From assembly GCF_038025025.1 (NCBI RefSeq), contig NW_027117352.1, positions 558,001 to 622,000 of the forward strand: a stretch of DNA of 64,000 nt, in the 5' to 3' direction. Below, piece by piece: positions 60,574 to 64,000 of the stretch. The number at the start of each line of letters is the position of its first letter. The stretch's first letter is position 1. The notes under the pieces were generated by a model. The model was not told the origin of the DNA, ran no database searches, and was given only the letters and a program-made list of their open reading frames with translations. The DNA is from Phyllosticta citribraziliensis (taxonomy: Eukaryota). The translations under genes and the position numbers were made by a program.

Positions 60574-62218
60574 ATGTCACCGCCATCAGCTCGACGACGG
60601 CTCATCGCGTTGGCCGCCCTTGTACTTTTCCTCGCCGTATATCTAGCCTCTACCAACATATCATTGTCACGGAAACTCCAGCAACTATCACTACCACTCC
60701 TTCGTCCCTCGACTCCTACACAGTCTCAAACAACAATGGGTGGCGGACATGGATACCGAACTGTGGCGTACTTTGTCAACTGGGTGTGTGCCTTCTCCGC
60801 ATACACACATATGCAGTGCTCTCTTCTCGACCAGCCATGTCCTGACGTTTGATAGGCAATCTACGGTCGCAACCATCAACCCCAAGATCTCCCCGCGGAC
60901 AAGCTGACCCATGCCCTGTATGCCTTTGCCAACGTGCGACCGGACAGCGGCGAAGTGTAAGCAACCATCCGCCCCTCACCCGCGTCCCGCAAACCAATCT
61001 GACGGGCGACGCAGGTACATGACGGACTCGTGGTCCGACGTCGAGAAACACTACCCAACCGACTCGTGGAACGATGTCGGCAACAACGTCTACGGCTGCA
61101 TCAAGCAGCTCTTCCTGCACAAGAAGCGCAACCGCAACTTCAAGGTCCTCCTGTCCATCGGCGGCTGGACCTACTCGCCCAACTTCGCCGTCCCCGCCAG
61201 CACGCCCGCCGGCCGCCAGCGCTTCGCCCAGTCTGCCGTCCAGCTGCTCAAAGACCTCGGCCTGGATGGCCTCGACATCGACTGGGAGTACCCCCAAACC
61301 GACGAACAGGCACGTGACCTCGTCCTGCTGCTCAAGGAGACGCGAGAAGAGCTCGACCGCTACGCCGACCACGTCCACCAGCTCCAGCAAGCGCGCGCGC
61401 AGCCCGGCCAGCAGTACGAGCGGCCGCACTTCCTGCTCACCATCGCGGCGCCGTGCGGGCCGCAAAACTACCAGAAGCTGCACCTGGCCGATATGGACCG
61501 CTACCTCGACTTCATCAACCTGATGGCGTACGACTTTGCCGGCAGCTGGGACCCCGTCGCCGGCCACCAGGCCAACCTGTTCCCCTGCCATAACAACCCC
61601 AACTGCACGCCCTTCAACGGCGACCAGGCCGTGCGCTGGTACGTCGAGCATGGCGTGCCCAGCGAGAAGCTGGTCTACGGTATGCCGCTGTATGGCCGCG
61701 CGTTTGGCAGCACGGATGGTTTGGGGCACCCGTCGACGCCTGTCGGCGAAGGCACCTGGGAGAACGGCGTCTTTGACTACAAGGTACACACCCTCATCCA
61801 ATCCAACCCACCCAGCATCCCTCTCTCCGACTAACAACTAACAACTCCCACGCAGGCCCTGCCCCTCCCCGGCGCTGTAGAGCACTACGACCGCGACGCG
61901 GCCGCCAGCTACTGCCACGACAACTCCCGCCACCTCATCATCTCGTACGACAACAAGCACGCCGCCACCGACAAGATCAACTACATCGTCGGGCTGCGCC
62001 CGCACGACGCCGACCCGGGCGCCCCGTCTGGCCCGCGCCTCGGCGGCGCCATGTGGTGGGAGTCGTCGGCCGACAAGCTGGGCGACGAGAGCCTCATCAA
62101 TCACGTGTCGACGACCCTGGGTGGCTATAACCAGGCCAAGTTTGAGCATCGTTTGAATTGTTTGGTGTACCCGGAGAGCAGGTTTGATAATTTGAGGAAT
62201 GGGTTTCCCGGGGAGTAG
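60574..62218 (+). CDS. GH18 chitinase (group A), 4 exons
   Basis: [35 protein letters not shown]; catalytic [42 protein letters not shown]. Introns at about 60784-60855, 60956-61014 and 61783-61855. Confidence 0.95.
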
Positions 62219-62552
62219 GGTTGGGTTGGGGTTGAGAGAGGGGAGGGCGTTGATGGGTTGGCATGTTTTGGTTTGGGTTAATTATAGCCGTGTTTTATTT
62301 GAAAAATCTTTCTCGATGCTTTTGGATTGTCGTGGAGCCGTCTGCCTTCTCCCTGCTGTGTGAATCTTGAACTCGATACCGAGCCACTGATAGTGCCACA
62401 CGGACGGCTGCTGGTAAATTGGATGGAATATTTACGAACTCTGCTGCTGTTGTACACATCCGGGACCTCTCGATGCCTCTACGCCGGACGCTTGATCTCG
62501 CCAGGAATCTATTGCAAATAAAATGCTTTTCTTTACAGCCACGTCGACACGC

Positions 62553-63408
62553 CTATTTGCCCTTCTTGACCCAGTCCTCGACGGTTTCCCTGGCGCTGCC
62601 AATCTTCTCCTCCAACATGGCGACGCTCATCTTGCTGTGGGCCTTGCCCGTCTCGACGAAGCGCGTGACGCGGTCCTTGATGCGCAGGTGGTTCTCGGCG
62701 AGGGCGGGGTAGCGCTCCTCGTACGTCCAGATGAGGTTGCCGACGTTGCGGGTGGTGAGGGGGAGCAGGGCGTACGAGGCAGCGACGCCGACGGCGACGG
62801 GCACCGACGCGCGCAGCAGGATGTTGCGGTTGCGCGTGACGATGCTGCCGGCCATGGCCGACACCAGCACGTACAGCCCGCCGGGCATGACGCGCTCGCC
62901 GCTCTCCTTGGGCGGCGCCAGCGACGCCACCGTCTGCGTGAAGCTGTTTTCCAGCCGCAGCGCCTCCGTCAGCCCGCTGTTGACCTTGTCCTCGGCCGCC
63001 GCGGCGTAGCCATGCAGGAACAGCCGCCCGCGGGCCACTTGTTCGGTCAGCCGCTCGGTCGGCGTGGGAGCGTACGGCTTTTGAGCGGAGGGCTGCGTCT
63101 TGACGGGTTGCTGCTGGGGCTCGTCCTTGGGCGGCGCCGGCGCGGTGAAGTCGTCGTAGATGGGCTTGCGGAGTGCCTGCGGGACTGTTTAGAGCTCGTT
63201 TCCTGGACACATGGAGGTACAAACCGATTCCAATGGGTTTTCGGGGCTCTCAGCGTGCACATAGCGAGCGGAGGATAGGGCGAGACCGGCCGCAAGAATT
63301 GCGGACGTCGCCGGCACAACGGCGCGCTGGAAAGTGGTGAGCGGGATGCCAATTGGTAGAGTAGAGTGCAGGAGCATCTCACCTGCCGGAGGAGCGGTCT
63401 AAAGGCCA
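62553..63408 (-). CDS. MIC26: MICOS complex subunit Mic26/Mic27 (apolipoprotein O family), 3 exons
   Basis: MAFRPLLRQ presequence; RKPIYDD; PTPTERLTEQVARGRLFL; GGLYVLVSAMAGSIVTRNRNILLR; LPLTTRNV. Confidence 0.88.
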
Positions 63409-63650
63409 TGGCGGAGGACAAGGACGGGTCAATGGGGAGCAGTCGACGTCGGCAACGTCAAGGTGTTTGCACGATCGAAGTTGGTTGCGTCGGTCCCCCG
63501 GGCAGGGCAGGGCCGGGGCAGAGACGGAGCCTCCCGGGATCCGCGCGCGGCACCGCCAAGCTCGTCTGCCGTCATTCGTTAACAACACCACCGCCTGCTC
63601 TTCATGGACGCTCCCTCTGTGTCCTCACCAACCTCCTCCCCGTGTTCGAA

Positions 63651-64000
63651 ATGCTGAGGCGCTCCGCCAGACGATCGTGGACCTGCTCCAGTTGTCTGCG
63701 CCTCCAGCAGCAGCAGTCCCGCCAACAGTGGCGGCTCAAGTCAACCTCTGCCGCTGCTGCTGCCGCCGCCCCGGCCAGCAGCCACTCGAGTCCTGCCTCG
63801 CATGCAGCGCCCGCCACGACGCATGATGACCGCGTGCTCCGCCAAATCTTCGACTCGCCCAAGTTCTGGCGCGAGTTCTCGGATCGCACGCGACACCAGG
63901 TCTCGGCCAAGTCGGCCGGCCTCTTCCAAAACCGCTACCTCACCAGGCCCGAAGGCTTCCACCAGTTTGCCGAGGTCACGCTGCAGAAATGCATCAAGAT
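63651..64000 (+). CDS. OCT1: Mitochondrial intermediate peptidase (M3 family), 5' part, truncated at the window end
   Basis: ATG at 63651; MLRRSARRSWTCSSCL presequence; HDDRVLRQIFDSPKFWREF; GLFQNRYLTRPEGFHQFA. Confidence 0.85.
   Translation, partial: MLRRSARRSWTCSSCLRLQQQQSRQQWRLKSTSAAAAAAAPASSHSSPASHAAPATTHDDRVLRQIFDSPKFWREFSDRTRHQVSAKSAGLFQNRYLTRPEGFHQFAEVTLQKCIK

Overview
Gene-dense, GC-rich, intron-containing DNA from a filamentous ascomycete (Pezizomycotina; short GT/GC-AG introns with CTRAC branch points). About 24 protein-coding loci can be supported. Family calls come from my recall of motifs, not from database searches. Recognisable genes: urea transporter DUR3, SAGA deubiquitinase UBP8, deadenylase CCR4, a SAM methyltransferase, a LYR-motif protein, acrB, a crotonase-family hydratase, cohesin acetyltransferase ECO1, a GPI-anchored wall protein, VPS41, an RMD1/RMND1-family protein, a MAPEG protein, a CYP52-like P450, a JID1-like J-protein, a GH18 chitinase, MICOS MIC26/27 and the start of OCT1. 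The most unusual part is 26.6-37.4 kb. It holds (i) an acidic, tandem-repeat protein fused to a RimJ/RimL-type GNAT domain that is split by a single in-frame TAG (weak intron, A-to-I stop correction, or pseudogene); (ii) an intact, spliced, ~900-aa cellular reverse-transcriptase-related (rvt) gene in which two of the three catalytic aspartates appear substituted; and (iii) a ~5-kb region without a credible gene between two convergent genes. I found no tRNA, rRNA, CRISPR array or transposon.
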